From positions 128,001-192,000 of the forward strand of contig CAWCNY010000001.1 in NCBI GenBank assembly GCA_963797095.1: a DNA stretch of 64,000 nt, in the 5' to 3' direction. Origin of the DNA: an uncultured Chloroflexia bacterium. GTDB taxonomy: Bacteria; Chloroflexota; Chloroflexia; QHBQ01; JADMIH01. The notes beneath the pieces were generated by a model that was given only the letters and a program-made list of their open reading frames with translations, ran no database searches and was not told the origin of the DNA. The number at the start of each line of letters is the position of its first letter. The stretch's first letter is position 1. This document shows, one piece after another, positions 42,797 to 53,025 of the stretch. Both the position numbers and the translations under genes were made by a program.

Positions 42797-43780
42797 ATGG
42801 GCATGGCAAACAAAGTTGTTGTCGGGGGTAAGGGAGATGAGAGGACATTCGCAGCGGGTGTAGCGTTGGCTGGGACGCGCCGTAGCACGCGGTTGGACTG
42901 GGGCTACGCGGTATTCCTGGTGCCGGGCCTGCTCATCTTCTTATTCCTGGTAGTGATACCGGTCATAGCCAATTTTGGGGTCAGCTTCACCAGGTGGACG
43001 GGTGTTGGTACGCCAACCTGGATCGGGGTTTCCAACTACGCTAAAGCCCTGGGTGACTCGATTTTCTGGAAGTCGTTCCTCAACAACCTTTACCTGATCA
43101 TCGTCATGACAATTGTTCCGACCCTGATCGGATTGTTCCTGGCGGCGGTGCTCTTTGACTACATCTACAAGCGGTTCGGGAATTTCGTAACCACCCTGTT
43201 CCGGTCTGGGCTTTACCTGCCGCAGATCATCCCCATAGTGGTGTCGGCGATAGTCTGGAATTGGATCCTCCAGCCCAACTGGGGAGCTGTCAATACGCTG
43301 CTGAACGGTGTGGGGCTTTCGGGACTTGCCCAGAATTGGCTTGGCGATCCTGCCACTGCTCTCCCTTCAGTCATGGTGATGCTCATCTGGTTTCAGATAG
43401 GCTACCCGCTGGTGATCTTCATGGCGGGTATGCAGCGCATTGACAGCGAGATATACGAGGCAAGCTCTCTCGATGGTGCTACCTGGTTGCAGCGATTCTG
43501 GCGCATCACAGTGCCCCTTGTGCGGCCAGAACTATATGTGGTGGTGCTAACCACCATAATAGCCACGCTGAAAACCTTCGGCCCCATCTATGCGATGACC
43601 CGTGGCGGGCCGGGCAATTCTACAATAGTTGCCTCGTATTTCTCCTACAAGAACTTCTTCGAAAACGCCAATGTCGGCTATGGTGCAACCATGTCTACGG
43701 TGCTGACGCTAATTGTGCTGGCAATAACTGTAGTTTACATCAGGGTCCAAACGCGCCAGGAAACCCGGGAGGCTGCTTAA
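42797..43780 (+). CDS. Sugar ABC permease
   Basis: EAA loop 'YEASSLDGA..QRFWRIT.P'. Confidence 0.92.
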   Translation: MGMANKVVVGGKGDERTFAAGVALAGTRRSTRLDWGYAVFLVPGLLIFLFLVVIPVIANFGVSFTRWTGVGTPTWIGVSNYAKALGDSIFWKSFLNNLYLIIVMTIVPTLIGLFLAAVLFDYIYKRFGNFVTTLFRSGLYLPQIIPIVVSAIVWNWILQPNWGAVNTLLNGVGLSGLAQNWLGDPATALPSVMVMLIWFQIGYPLVIFMAGMQRIDSEIYEASSLDGATWLQRFWRITVPLVRPELYVVVLTTIIATLKTFGPIYAMTRGGPGNSTIVASYFSYKNFFENANVGYGATMSTVLTLIVLAITVVYIRVQTRQETREAA

Positions 43781-43781
43781 C

Positions 43782-44663
43782 ATGGCTACCGGCAGCATAT
43801 CCGTCCCCAGAACCGGGACACTCGCCCCCAAAACCAAACCTATCCGCCGCCTAACAGATTGGGTGCCTCTGATATTGCTCGCTGTGCTGGTGTTGATTAT
43901 GCTCTTCCCGTTGCTGTTGATCATAGTCAATTCCTTCAAGACTGAGGCAGAGTACAACGTCAACGGCCCGTTCGCCTTACCCCAAAGTCTCAACTTCGAC
44001 GTGCTGGTCAGCACCTGGCAAAGCACCGACTATCCCACCAAGCTGGTGAACAGCATAGTTATCAGCGCAGGCACCGCGCTACTGGCAATAGTGCTCTCGT
44101 TGTTCAACGCTTTCGCCCTGGGCATCGGCAAGATCAAGGGAAGAGGACTATTTCTGCTCTTTTTCCTGCTGGCAATTACGCTGCCGACGGAGTCACTGAT
44201 CTATCCTCTTTACTACTTCTTCAAGCTGGTACACCTGTATGACACCCAATTGTCGGTTATACTCATTACGGCAGCTTTGCATAGTGCGTTTGGCACTTAC
44301 CTGCTAACTTCGGTGTTCCAATCGTTCCCAATCGAGTTACTTGAAGCGGCAAGAATTGATGGGGCTAATAAATTTCAACTGCTGTGGAGATTAGTTATAC
44401 CCCTGAGCACACCTTCACTGTCGGTGCTCTTCATCTTCTTCTTCATCTCGACCTGGAACGACTTCTTCTTACAGCTTATCTTCCTCATTTCCAATTCGAA
44501 ACAAACGGTGCCGCTCGCGGTGCTGGTTGCCCGTGGGGAACACGGATCGGTGATCACGACGCAGGCTGTGGCAGCCCTGCTCGGCATCCTACCTTGCATC
44601 ATTTTCTTCGTGCTTTTCCAGAGGACGCTGACAAAGGGTATCGCAGTAGGCAGCATAAAATAG
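43782..44663 (+). CDS. Sugar ABC permease
   Basis: 'LLEAARIDGA', 'WNDF'. Confidence 0.92.
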   Translation: MATGSISVPRTGTLAPKTKPIRRLTDWVPLILLAVLVLIMLFPLLLIIVNSFKTEAEYNVNGPFALPQSLNFDVLVSTWQSTDYPTKLVNSIVISAGTALLAIVLSLFNAFALGIGKIKGRGLFLLFFLLAITLPTESLIYPLYYFFKLVHLYDTQLSVILITAALHSAFGTYLLTSVFQSFPIELLEAARIDGANKFQLLWRLVIPLSTPSLSVLFIFFFISTWNDFFLQLIFLISNSKQTVPLAVLVARGEHGSVITTQAVAALLGILPCIIFFVLFQRTLTKGIAVGSIK

Positions 44664-44809
44664 CAAAATGATGCGTAAGACGTGACACGTATTAATTGAG
44701 GGCGAAAAACAACCGGTGACGAGTCGATACGCAGTAAGCAGTATCCAACAGTCAACTATTACGTTTCACGTTTTGCGCTTCCCATACCACTCCCTAGAGA
44801 GAGAGCAGA

Positions 44810-47137
44810 ATGAAGTTCACAGATGGATACTGGCATATACGCCCCAACGTCGTCCCACACTTCGCGGTACAGGTGCAGGAGATGGAGGCCGGGAACGGTG
44901 TGCTCACGGTTTACGCAGCCACCGAGCGTGTAGTCAACCGCGGCGATACCCTGGACCTGCCTATGCTGACGGCGCAGTTCTCCTCGCCGATGCCCAACAT
45001 CATCCGCGTCCGAATCTACCACCACAAAGGCGGGCAACCCCGCAAGCCTCAATTCTCACTTGAGTCGCCAGGCGATTATCAGGCGGGGATTGAGCAAGAC
45101 GCAGAAGCTATCACCCTTACCAGCGGACAACTCAGCGTGCGAGTGCAAAAAGGCGAGTGGCGGGTGGAGTTCAGGGACGGCGACAGGGTCATTACTGGCA
45201 GCGGCCATCATGGGGCAGGTTACGTGGAGACCCGGGAGGGTAACTACATTCACGAGCAGCTTGACCTCGCAGTTGGCGAATGCGTGTATGGCCTGGGCGA
45301 GAGGTTCACCCCTTTTGTCAAGAACGGGCAGGTTGTCGATCTCTGGAACGAAGATGGGGGCACCGGCAGCGAGCAGGCCTACAAGAACGTGCCTTTCTAT
45401 CTCACCAATCGAGGATACGGAGTCTTCATCAACCACCCGGAGCGAGTGTCGCTGGAGGTGGCCTCTGAAAAGGTGGAGAGGGTGCAGTTCAGCGTGCCGG
45501 GAGAGATGCTCGAATACTACATCATCTACGGCCCGTCACCCAAACAGGTGCTGAAGCGCTATACCGCCCTCACGGGCCGACCCGCTCTCCCCCCCGCCTG
45601 GTCATTCGGCCTCTGGCTTTCCACCTCATTCACCACCGAATACGACGAGGAGACAGTCACGAGCTTTATCGAGGGCATGGCCGACCGCGACCTCCCTTTG
45701 CACGTATTTCATTTCGACACTTTCTGGATGAAAGAATTCCACTGGGTGGATTTGCAGTGGGATGAGCGAGTGTTCCCCGACCCCAAAGCTATGCTTGAGC
45801 GGTTGAAAGCCCGCGGGCTGCATATATGTGTTTGGATCAATCCATACGTCGCCCAACAATCAGCCATGTTCGACGAGGGTACGGAGAAAGGCTACCTGCT
45901 CAAGAGACCCGACGGCGATGTGTGGCAGTGGGACCGCTGGCAAGCCGGAATGGCACTGGTGGATTTCACCAACCCGGACGCCCGCCGCTGGTACGGAGAT
46001 AAGTTGTGTGCCTTGCAAGATATGGGCGTTGATTGCTTCAAGACCGACTTCGGAGAGCGCGTACCCACCGATGTTGTCTACTTTGATGGGTCAGACCCCT
46101 ACAAGATGCACAATTACTACGCCTATCTATACCACGAGACCGTGTTCCGGGCGCTGGAGGAACGGCGTGGGGTGGGTGATGCTGTTCTATTCTCGCGGGC
46201 TGCCACGACCGGGGACCAGCGTTTCCCCGTACATTGGGGTGGGGACTCCACAGCCACTTTCCCGTCCATGGCCGAGAGCCTCCGCGGAGGATTGTCGTTG
46301 GGGTTGTCGGGGTTCGGCTTCTGGAGTCATGACATAGGGGGGTTTGAGCAGACTTCCACCCCCGACCTGTACAAGCGCTGGTGCGCGTTTGGGCTCCTCT
46401 CATCGCACAGCCGCCTGCACGGCAGCCATTCCTACCGCGTACCCTGGCTGTTCGACGAAGAAGCGGTCGACGTGTTGCGCTTTTTCACCAGGCTAAAGTG
46501 CCGGTTGATGCCCTACCTGTTTGGCGCGGCGAGCGAGGCCCACGACACCGGCGTGCCATTGATGCGGGCCATGATGCTGGAGTTCCCGAACGACCCCGCC
46601 TGCGATTACCTGGACCGCCAGTACATGCTGGGTGGCGCTCTCCTTGTGGCTCCCGTCTTCTCGCCGGATGGCATTGTAGATTATTACCTGCCGACCGGAC
46701 GCTGGACGAACTTCCTGACCGGCCAGGTGGTGGAGGGCAATCGATGGCTCCGCGAAAAGCACGGCTACATGAGCCTGCCCTTGTTTGTGCGCTCGAATTC
46801 GATCATCCCGGTTGGACCTGAAGAGCAACGTCCCGACTATGAATATGCCAACGGCGTGACCTTTCACGTCTTTGAGCTGGATGATGGAGCGACTTGCCAG
46901 GCAATGGTGCCAACTCAGACCGGCGAGGTTGCCGCGATAGCCAGTGCGAGCCGGGCAGGGCAGAACGTGAAAGTCCAGGTGCATAGCTCACCGGGGTCCT
47001 GGCGCGTGCTCCTGCGAGGTACGAGTAAGACCCACTGCCAGGTAAATGGCGGCACTGCCGACCCGGATGCTTTGGGTGTGCTTATAACTCCTGACCAGGA
47101 TGCCGAACAAATAACCATCTATCTGAGCGAGGTATAG
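44810..47137 (+). CDS. yicI: Alpha-xylosidase (GH31)
   Basis: 'MKFTDGYW', 'FKTDFGER', 'WSHDIGGF', 'SHSRLHG'. Confidence 0.93.
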   Translation: MKFTDGYWHIRPNVVPHFAVQVQEMEAGNGVLTVYAATERVVNRGDTLDLPMLTAQFSSPMPNIIRVRIYHHKGGQPRKPQFSLESPGDYQAGIEQDAEAITLTSGQLSVRVQKGEWRVEFRDGDRVITGSGHHGAGYVETREGNYIHEQLDLAVGECVYGLGERFTPFVKNGQVVDLWNEDGGTGSEQAYKNVPFYLTNRGYGVFINHPERVSLEVASEKVERVQFSVPGEMLEYYIIYGPSPKQVLKRYTALTGRPALPPAWSFGLWLSTSFTTEYDEETVTSFIEGMADRDLPLHVFHFDTFWMKEFHWVDLQWDERVFPDPKAMLERLKARGLHICVWINPYVAQQSAMFDEGTEKGYLLKRPDGDVWQWDRWQAGMALVDFTNPDARRWYGDKLCALQDMGVDCFKTDFGERVPTDVVYFDGSDPYKMHNYYAYLYHETVFRALEERRGVGDAVLFSRAATTGDQRFPVHWGGDSTATFPSMAESLRGGLSLGLSGFGFWSHDIGGFEQTSTPDLYKRWCAFGLLSSHSRLHGSHSYRVPWLFDEEAVDVLRFFTRLKCRLMPYLFGAASEAHDTGVPLMRAMMLEFPNDPACDYLDRQYMLGGALLVAPVFSPDGIVDYYLPTGRWTNFLTGQVVEGNRWLREKHGYMSLPLFVRSNSIIPVGPEEQRPDYEYANGVTFHVFELDDGATCQAMVPTQTGEVAAIASASRAGQNVKVQVHSSPGSWRVLLRGTSKTHCQVNGGTADPDALGVLITPDQDAEQITIYLSEV

Positions 47138-47196
47138 CAACCTAGACCGAAGAGGGCTTGCCCCGATTTGGCCCTGCTCCAATCGCTCTTGTCCTC

Positions 47197-47240
47197 CACG
47201 ATCCAGGCCGTTGCATCTGTATACAACGGCCTGGATCGTG
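47197..47240. terminator. 20-bp stem hairpin after yicI
   Basis: CACGATCCAGGCCGTTGCAT-CTGT-ATACAACGGCCTGGATCGTG; no clear U-tract. Confidence 0.55.
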
Positions 47241-47309
47241 TCTATCAACCATGTGCCAAACACCAACCCTTGTAGCGCCAGCCGGATGCCCAATTTCAAC
47301 CACCCGGCC

Positions 47310-49110
47310 GGAACCTGAGCACAATCCCTTTCGCATACAACTACGACGACTATTCCTTCACGGATATGACCTCAACCGGCCTGCGTGCCGACATAATCCC
47401 AATCTCCGCGATGGAGGACAATACCTACAGCATCCAGGCGAGAAAGGCGGGCGGATGGGCCAAGTATGCGAATGTTGACATCTCCTCCGTACCGGCCGGT
47501 ATCGTCCTGCGCGCTTCCAACTCCAATAGCTCAGCCGCTAACGTTGAAGTGTGGATGAACGGTCCAAGCGTTGTCGAGGGCGGTACGCTGCTCGGAACGG
47601 TCGCGGTACCGGCCACGGGCCACATCCAGACCTATGTGAATGTCGATGCTACACTGGCGGGCTTCGCCGGCAGCCATGCCGATATCTACCTGGTGTTCCC
47701 GACAGCCAACGTGAGCGTCAAGTGGCTGAAGCTCGGAGCCGTAAACTCGTCGGTAGATTCCGACATCGAAGTAACATCTAACACCTACAACTCCAGCGCT
47801 TCCACGTCTCTATCTCGCCTGCATGTGAGGGTTCCGGCGATCGTGTACCAGAAGAGCGGCATGCTGCTGATGGAAGCCATGAATAACGGCTCCGGCATCG
47901 TGAGCGGCCCCGTGACATGGTCAATCACTGATGAAAGCGCTAACCCGAGTTCCCTGGCAACGATCAACAGCTCCGGCCAGCTTACCGCCGCCGGTACAGC
48001 CGACGGGACGGTCAGGGCGGTTGCCACATACAATACGCCCGCAGGCCCAATCTCCAACTACCTGACCGTAGAGCTACAGAACCAAACTGTGACGGCAAAT
48101 ACCAACGCCGAAGCCGTAGTAATTCGCAGTGGCTACGATTCGCGCCCAGGGGATATATCCTGGGGACCTAACCAGTTTACAAACTTCGGAGCCATCTACA
48201 AGTACCAGGGGACGCTGCTGGTCAGCGCTGTGACCTACCCGGCAGTCAACCCGGCTCGCCCCGTCACATACACGCTGACCGATGGTATCGGTAATCCGAC
48301 AAACCTGGCTACCATCATCAGTACCGGAGCCGGTTTCGTCGAGGGACAAACCTCCGGTAACAATAACAGAGCTTACAACGCCACAATACAGGCAACCGGA
48401 CTGGGTGACGGCGATGTATACGTGACAGCTACAACTACAAATGGCCTCTCCTATACGAGCAAGATCGTAATCCAGAACCAGGAGACGCGAGACCCATACG
48501 CCGATCGCTATGAAGCCGAACTGTTCGATGCTTCCGGCAACGTCGGTGGAGGTGGGTCCAACCTGCGCGCTGACGATGTCCATGGCGATGACGTGGGCCT
48601 CCAACTCAACCGCATCAGAAACAATGATTACGCGGAGTACGACAATCTGGACCTCGGTACGGCGGAATACATAGACATGGCCCTTAAGTATATCAAGGTT
48701 TCCACCGAACCCGCAACGATCAAGGTTATGGCCGATGATCCGATAACCGGCACCGAGCTTGGCCGTGTGACCCTGGTCGGCACTTACGATATTGCCACCG
48801 GCGACTACGCAAATGTCGTCTACCACTGGCAGGAAACCAACATCCGCCTTCACAGCATCGGCGGTGTGCACAACGTGTATCTGGTGTTTGAGATATCCCC
48901 CAATGTTCCGAATACGGATACATCGAGCACCTATGGCGCTGTAGCGGAATGGCTCGACTCGGCATAAATTGGTTCCAACTTGAGGCCGCTGACGCATACG
49001 CACAGATAGAGCCAAGCAGCCCCATCTCGGTCAGTGTAGGCAGCACCTTCACCGTAGACCTCCTCATCAACAGTGCTACCCAATCAGTGCTCGCCCAGCA
49101 GAGCTACCTC
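47310..49110 (+). pseudogene. Headless fragment of a large secreted carbohydrate-active protein (CBM6-like, Ig-like, CBM6-like, start of a cohesin-like domain)
   Basis: 'GGWAKYANVD..GSHADIYLVF', 'RYEAE..GVHNVYLVF'; frame shift near 48950 into 'GINWFQL..VGSTFTVDLLINS..AQQSYL'; cut by an IS remnant. Confidence 0.65.
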
Positions 49111-49851
49111 TCCATCCCCAAGTCCCCATGCGAGATTACGTGCTTGCTGAGTGATCCATGCGGAGGTCGGGTGGGCAGTGCAACCGGCGAGGTACACGCG
49201 ACGAGTGCTGAGTTGGATAAAGAACAGAGCGTACAGTGTCTTCAACCGGATGGTTTCAACTGTGAAGAAATCACAGCCGAGCATGTAGTCCGCGTAATGT
49301 CCAAGGAATGAGCGCTAGGTGCTGCTCTCCCTCTTGCGCTGCGGAGAGCGTGGAGTGCGACATCGCTTGAGGATGTTCCTCACGCTTGATCGGCTGACTT
49401 TGTACCCGAGCTTGAGCAGTTCCCCCTGAATCTTGCTGTAGCCCCATCGTGGGTTCTCGTTGGCCAGCCGTATGATCAGCTGTTCCAACTCGGCTCGGAT
49501 AGGCGGCCTGCCAATGGGTTTGTCGTGTTGAAAGGTCCATTTTCGTCGTACCAATTGTCGGTGCCATCGTAGAACAGTTTCGGGCTTGAACAGCAAGATG
49601 ACTGCGTTCAGAGAGTGGCCAGTGTCTTCGGTCAAGCCTTTGAAGTGAGCAGCGAGTATCGATAAAACGCCCTTCTCACATACCGAGACACAGCGTAGCC
49701 GAGAGTTGGGGAGTTTGCGTTGCAGGATACGGTGCTGGTGACGGAGTAGGAGTATTTCGAGGTCTTTCTGCTGATCGAATAAGCTCCGGGTGGCGAGCCT
49801 ATCAAGGAGCAGTCTGAGAATCTGCATCAACAAGTAGATGTACGTGGTCAC
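49105..49851 (-). mobile_element. Degenerate integrase-core (rve) transposase remnant
   Basis: 'EILLLRHQ', 'KPETVLRWHR', 'ENPRWGY..IQGEL', amber at 49317-49315 where Trp is expected, then 'CDFFTVET'; truncated. Confidence 0.8.
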
Positions 49852-49997
49852 GCGAAAGCATAAAGCGACTTGGGCCTCTATTCAAGGGAGATCGAGGCGT
49901 CGGATGCTTTATTGCACATTACAGGGTTCCGTGCTCCAAGATCTGACACTTCCACTCTCCAGGGCAAGCCAGGCGATTCCAACGCTACGTGCTGTAC

Positions 49998-50026
49998 TTG
50001 ACGCTAGCAGCGCCGGCGGTTAGAAT
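49998..50026 (+). promoter_or_regulatory. Sigma70 promoter TTGACG-17-TAGAAT, about 470 nt upstream of the osmoprotectant ABC operon
   Basis: Read directly. Confidence 0.65.
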
Positions 50027-50494
50027 GAGGGCGACGATCCTAACAAACGGCAGTAACCCTGTAGAGTACCTGTTTAGCGGTACCGGCACACAGGTTTCCG
50101 GCGCAGAGACACCGCAACTAATCACGTTGGTGGCCTTGTTGATCGCTTCGTTCGATGCCTCTTAGGCTGTGCAGCCCGGGATATCGTAGCCATTAGCGCT
50201 ACCTCCCCTGTCCGTACTGTCCATACAACCTGATAGACCGAGGTTCTGCAACACCGGCGTGCTGACCGCTGAGGATAGAGCTAGCTCTATCCCTGTGAGT
50301 GTTGCAGCCATCTCGCCAATCCCTCCCGCTGGATAGCCGACCTCGTGTTTCGGCTGTCTGGTATCGGTGTTGTCCTCAGAATCGACCTGGGACGGTCAGT
50401 GTACGCTGTTCTTTGGAGAGTTGATCTCCGACAGTCCATACGGGCTCAGGGTCGTACAACTTAATGCGAGTTAATGCGAGCTCAGGAGTAGCGA

Positions 50495-51568
50495 ATGATC
50501 GTATTCGATCACGTTTCCAAGATATACTCGTCCCACAAGCGGGGTGAGGACGTGCGAGCGGTGGACGACCTCAATCTGGAAGTGATACCGGGCGAGCTCT
50601 GTGTACTCATAGGTCCCTCCGGCTCAGGCAAAACTACGGCGATGCGTATGGTCAACCGCCTGGTGGTGCCTACTCACGGATGCATTACCATTGACGGGCA
50701 GGATAACAGCACTATCGATCCCGTATTGCTTCGCCGTAGCATTGGATATGTGATACAGCAGGTTGGTCTATTCCCACATCTCACTGTGGCCGATAATGTA
50801 GCAATCGTGCCTCGCTTGTTTGGTTGGAAAAAGGCCAAGCGCCTGGAGCGTGCCAACGAGCTACTTGAACTGGTAGGTCTGCCGCCGGCTGAATTCGCAC
50901 ATCGCCACCCACGCCAGCTTTCCGGCGGGCAACAGCAAAGGGTGGGCGTAGCGCGCGCTCTTGCTGCCGACCCAAACATTATTCTCATGGACGAGCCGTT
51001 CGGCGCTGTTGACCCCATTACGCGCAAGCAACTTCAGCGTGAGCTTCGGCGCATCCAATCTGAAGTGCACAAAACCATAATCTTTGTAACGCACGACATC
51101 GGCGAAGCCTTCCTGCTGGCCGATCGCATTGTGCTCATGTACAGAGGTCGCCTGGTTCAGAACGGCACTCCCGCCGACTTGCTGAGAAACCCGGCCAGTC
51201 CGTTTGTGACCGATTTCATCGGCGAGGACAGGAGCCTCCGCGCCCTCCAATTCACCAGCCTGGCCGAGATCGCAGCCAGAAACAGGGCGAGGCAGACGCT
51301 ATCCCCGGTCGGCGGCAATGGCAGAGAGAGTACGCTCGTATTGCAGCAAAGTCTATCTGTGATGGAGGGCCTACGGCTCCTTGCCTCTAGAGGCGGTGCG
51401 GTTCCGAGTGAAATCATGTTGAGCGATAGTCAGGGCCATATTACAGGCAAGATCACTGACAACGATTTTGTGCTTGCATTGGGCGAGGCCCTCACACTGG
51501 GCGAGCCGGGTAGGCACACAAATGGCGATGCCAGCCCCATAAAGGAGGCCTATGGAATACCTTCTTAA
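50495..51568 (+). CDS. Osmoprotectant ABC transporter ATPase (OpuCA/OsmV-like)
   Basis: 'GPSGSGKTT', 'LRRSIGYVIQQVGLFPH', 'LSGGQQQR', 'MDEPFGAVDP'. Confidence 0.92.
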   Translation: MIVFDHVSKIYSSHKRGEDVRAVDDLNLEVIPGELCVLIGPSGSGKTTAMRMVNRLVVPTHGCITIDGQDNSTIDPVLLRRSIGYVIQQVGLFPHLTVADNVAIVPRLFGWKKAKRLERANELLELVGLPPAEFAHRHPRQLSGGQQQRVGVARALAADPNIILMDEPFGAVDPITRKQLQRELRRIQSEVHKTIIFVTHDIGEAFLLADRIVLMYRGRLVQNGTPADLLRNPASPFVTDFIGEDRSLRALQFTSLAEIAARNRARQTLSPVGGNGRESTLVLQQSLSVMEGLRLLASRGGAVPSEIMLSDSQGHITGKITDNDFVLALGEALTLGEPGRHTNGDASPIKEAYGIPS

Positions 51569-52181
51569 CCACCCTGAGCGCATAATACTTTTGACCCTGC
51601 AGCATATCCAGATCGTGGTGGTCGCGGTTGTTGTTGCGCTGATTATCGGTATACCTCTGGGCATATTGGTTACCCGGCTAAGATGGCTGGAAGGTCCTGT
51701 TACCGGCATCGCAGGGGTACTGTACACCGTACCGAGCCTGGCGCTATTTGCTCTCCTGATCCCCCTCTCCGGGCTGGGAGCTACCACTGCCATCACCGCT
51801 CTCACCCTCTACTCCCTCCTCGTTGTGATCCGCAACACGGCCGCCGCTATCAACTCCGTTGATCCATCCATGCAGGACGCGGCGCGTGGCGTGGGGATGA
51901 CCGATTCTCAGCGCCTCTTTTTTGTGGAACTACCGTTGGGCATGCCTATTATCCTGGCGGGCGTGCGGGTCGCGACGGTTTCCGCCGTTGGCATAGCCGC
52001 TGTGGCGGCCTTTATCGGTGCGGGAGGTCTCGGCCTCCTCATCTTCGAGGGGATCCGTACCATCGACCCCGACCGTATAATCGCAGGAGCCTTCATGTCG
52101 TCAGTCTTGGCCTTGCTGGCAGATACAGGGCTGAAACGCCTGGAAAGCATACTGCGGCGGGACAGACAGGCCCACGCCTAG
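51552..52181 (+). CDS. Osmoprotectant ABC permease
   Basis: 'YTVPSLAL', 'DAARGVGM', 'GAGGLG'. Confidence 0.9.
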   Translation: MEYLLNHPERIILLTLQHIQIVVVAVVVALIIGIPLGILVTRLRWLEGPVTGIAGVLYTVPSLALFALLIPLSGLGATTAITALTLYSLLVVIRNTAAAINSVDPSMQDAARGVGMTDSQRLFFVELPLGMPIILAGVRVATVSAVGIAAVAAFIGAGGLGLLIFEGIRTIDPDRIIAGAFMSSVLALLADTGLKRLESILRRDRQAHA

Positions 52182-52195
52182 AGGAGCATCGCCAA

Positions 52196-52864
52196 ATGTT
52201 TAACCGTAACCCCTTCGACTTCATCCCATGGATAATCAACAATTCGGAGCGCTTCTTCAACCTGCTGATACAACATATCCAATTAACTCTGGTGGCTGTC
52301 GTGTTGGGCGTGTTGATCGCGGTGCCGTTGGGCATACTGGCGAGCCGGGTGGAGATACTCGCCGGTCCGATGACGTGGATAGCAGGTGTCAGTCAAACCG
52401 TGCCAAGTCTGGCGATCCTGGGCCTCGCGCTCCCAATCCTGGGCATAGGCTTCGTACCATCCGTTTTTGCGCTTACGATCCGCGCACTCATGCCGATCTT
52501 CCTTAATACATATGTCGGAATACACAACGCCGATAGCAACGTAATTGACGCCGCCAGGGGTATGGGTGCGAACGATGCCCAACGCCTGCTGTTCGCCGAG
52601 ATCCCATTGGCAAGCCCCGTAATCTTCGCGGGCATACGAACAGCCGCCGTTCAGACGGTCGGGCTGGCTACCCTCGCCGCGTTTATCGGGGGCGGCGGGC
52701 TTGGCGACCTGATCCTGCAAGGGCTGGCGCTGGTTGACGTGCCTGTCCTGCTGGCCGGGGCGGTGCCGGTGGCGGTGCTTGCCATCGGGGCGGATGCTGT
52801 GCTGAGGCGACTCTTTATTTTGATGACACCTGCGGGTCTTCGGATCTCCCCAGGCCAAAGCTAG
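52196..52864 (+). CDS. Osmoprotectant ABC permease
   Basis: 'QTVPSLA', 'DAARGMG', 'IGGGGLG'. Confidence 0.9.
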   Translation: MFNRNPFDFIPWIINNSERFFNLLIQHIQLTLVAVVLGVLIAVPLGILASRVEILAGPMTWIAGVSQTVPSLAILGLALPILGIGFVPSVFALTIRALMPIFLNTYVGIHNADSNVIDAARGMGANDAQRLLFAEIPLASPVIFAGIRTAAVQTVGLATLAAFIGGGGLGDLILQGLALVDVPVLLAGAVPVAVLAIGADAVLRRLFILMTPAGLRISPGQS

Positions 52865-53025
52865 GCAGGCGTAAAGCGAAAAGGAGGCAAAACCGGCAAC
52901 TGGAAGTGAAGGTCTGTTTGAAGCGAAGATTAGATCATACCTTCACCTGCGCTGCATCGACCCGCCCGTAAGGGGAACACGGATGTACTCAGGCACGGAG
53001 TGAAGGAAGCCAAAAGGAGAAAACT

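Noticed and set aside
49105-49851. rve remnant as the island's integrase
   Set aside because: It is a DDE transposase fragment located mid-island, not a site-specific recombinase.
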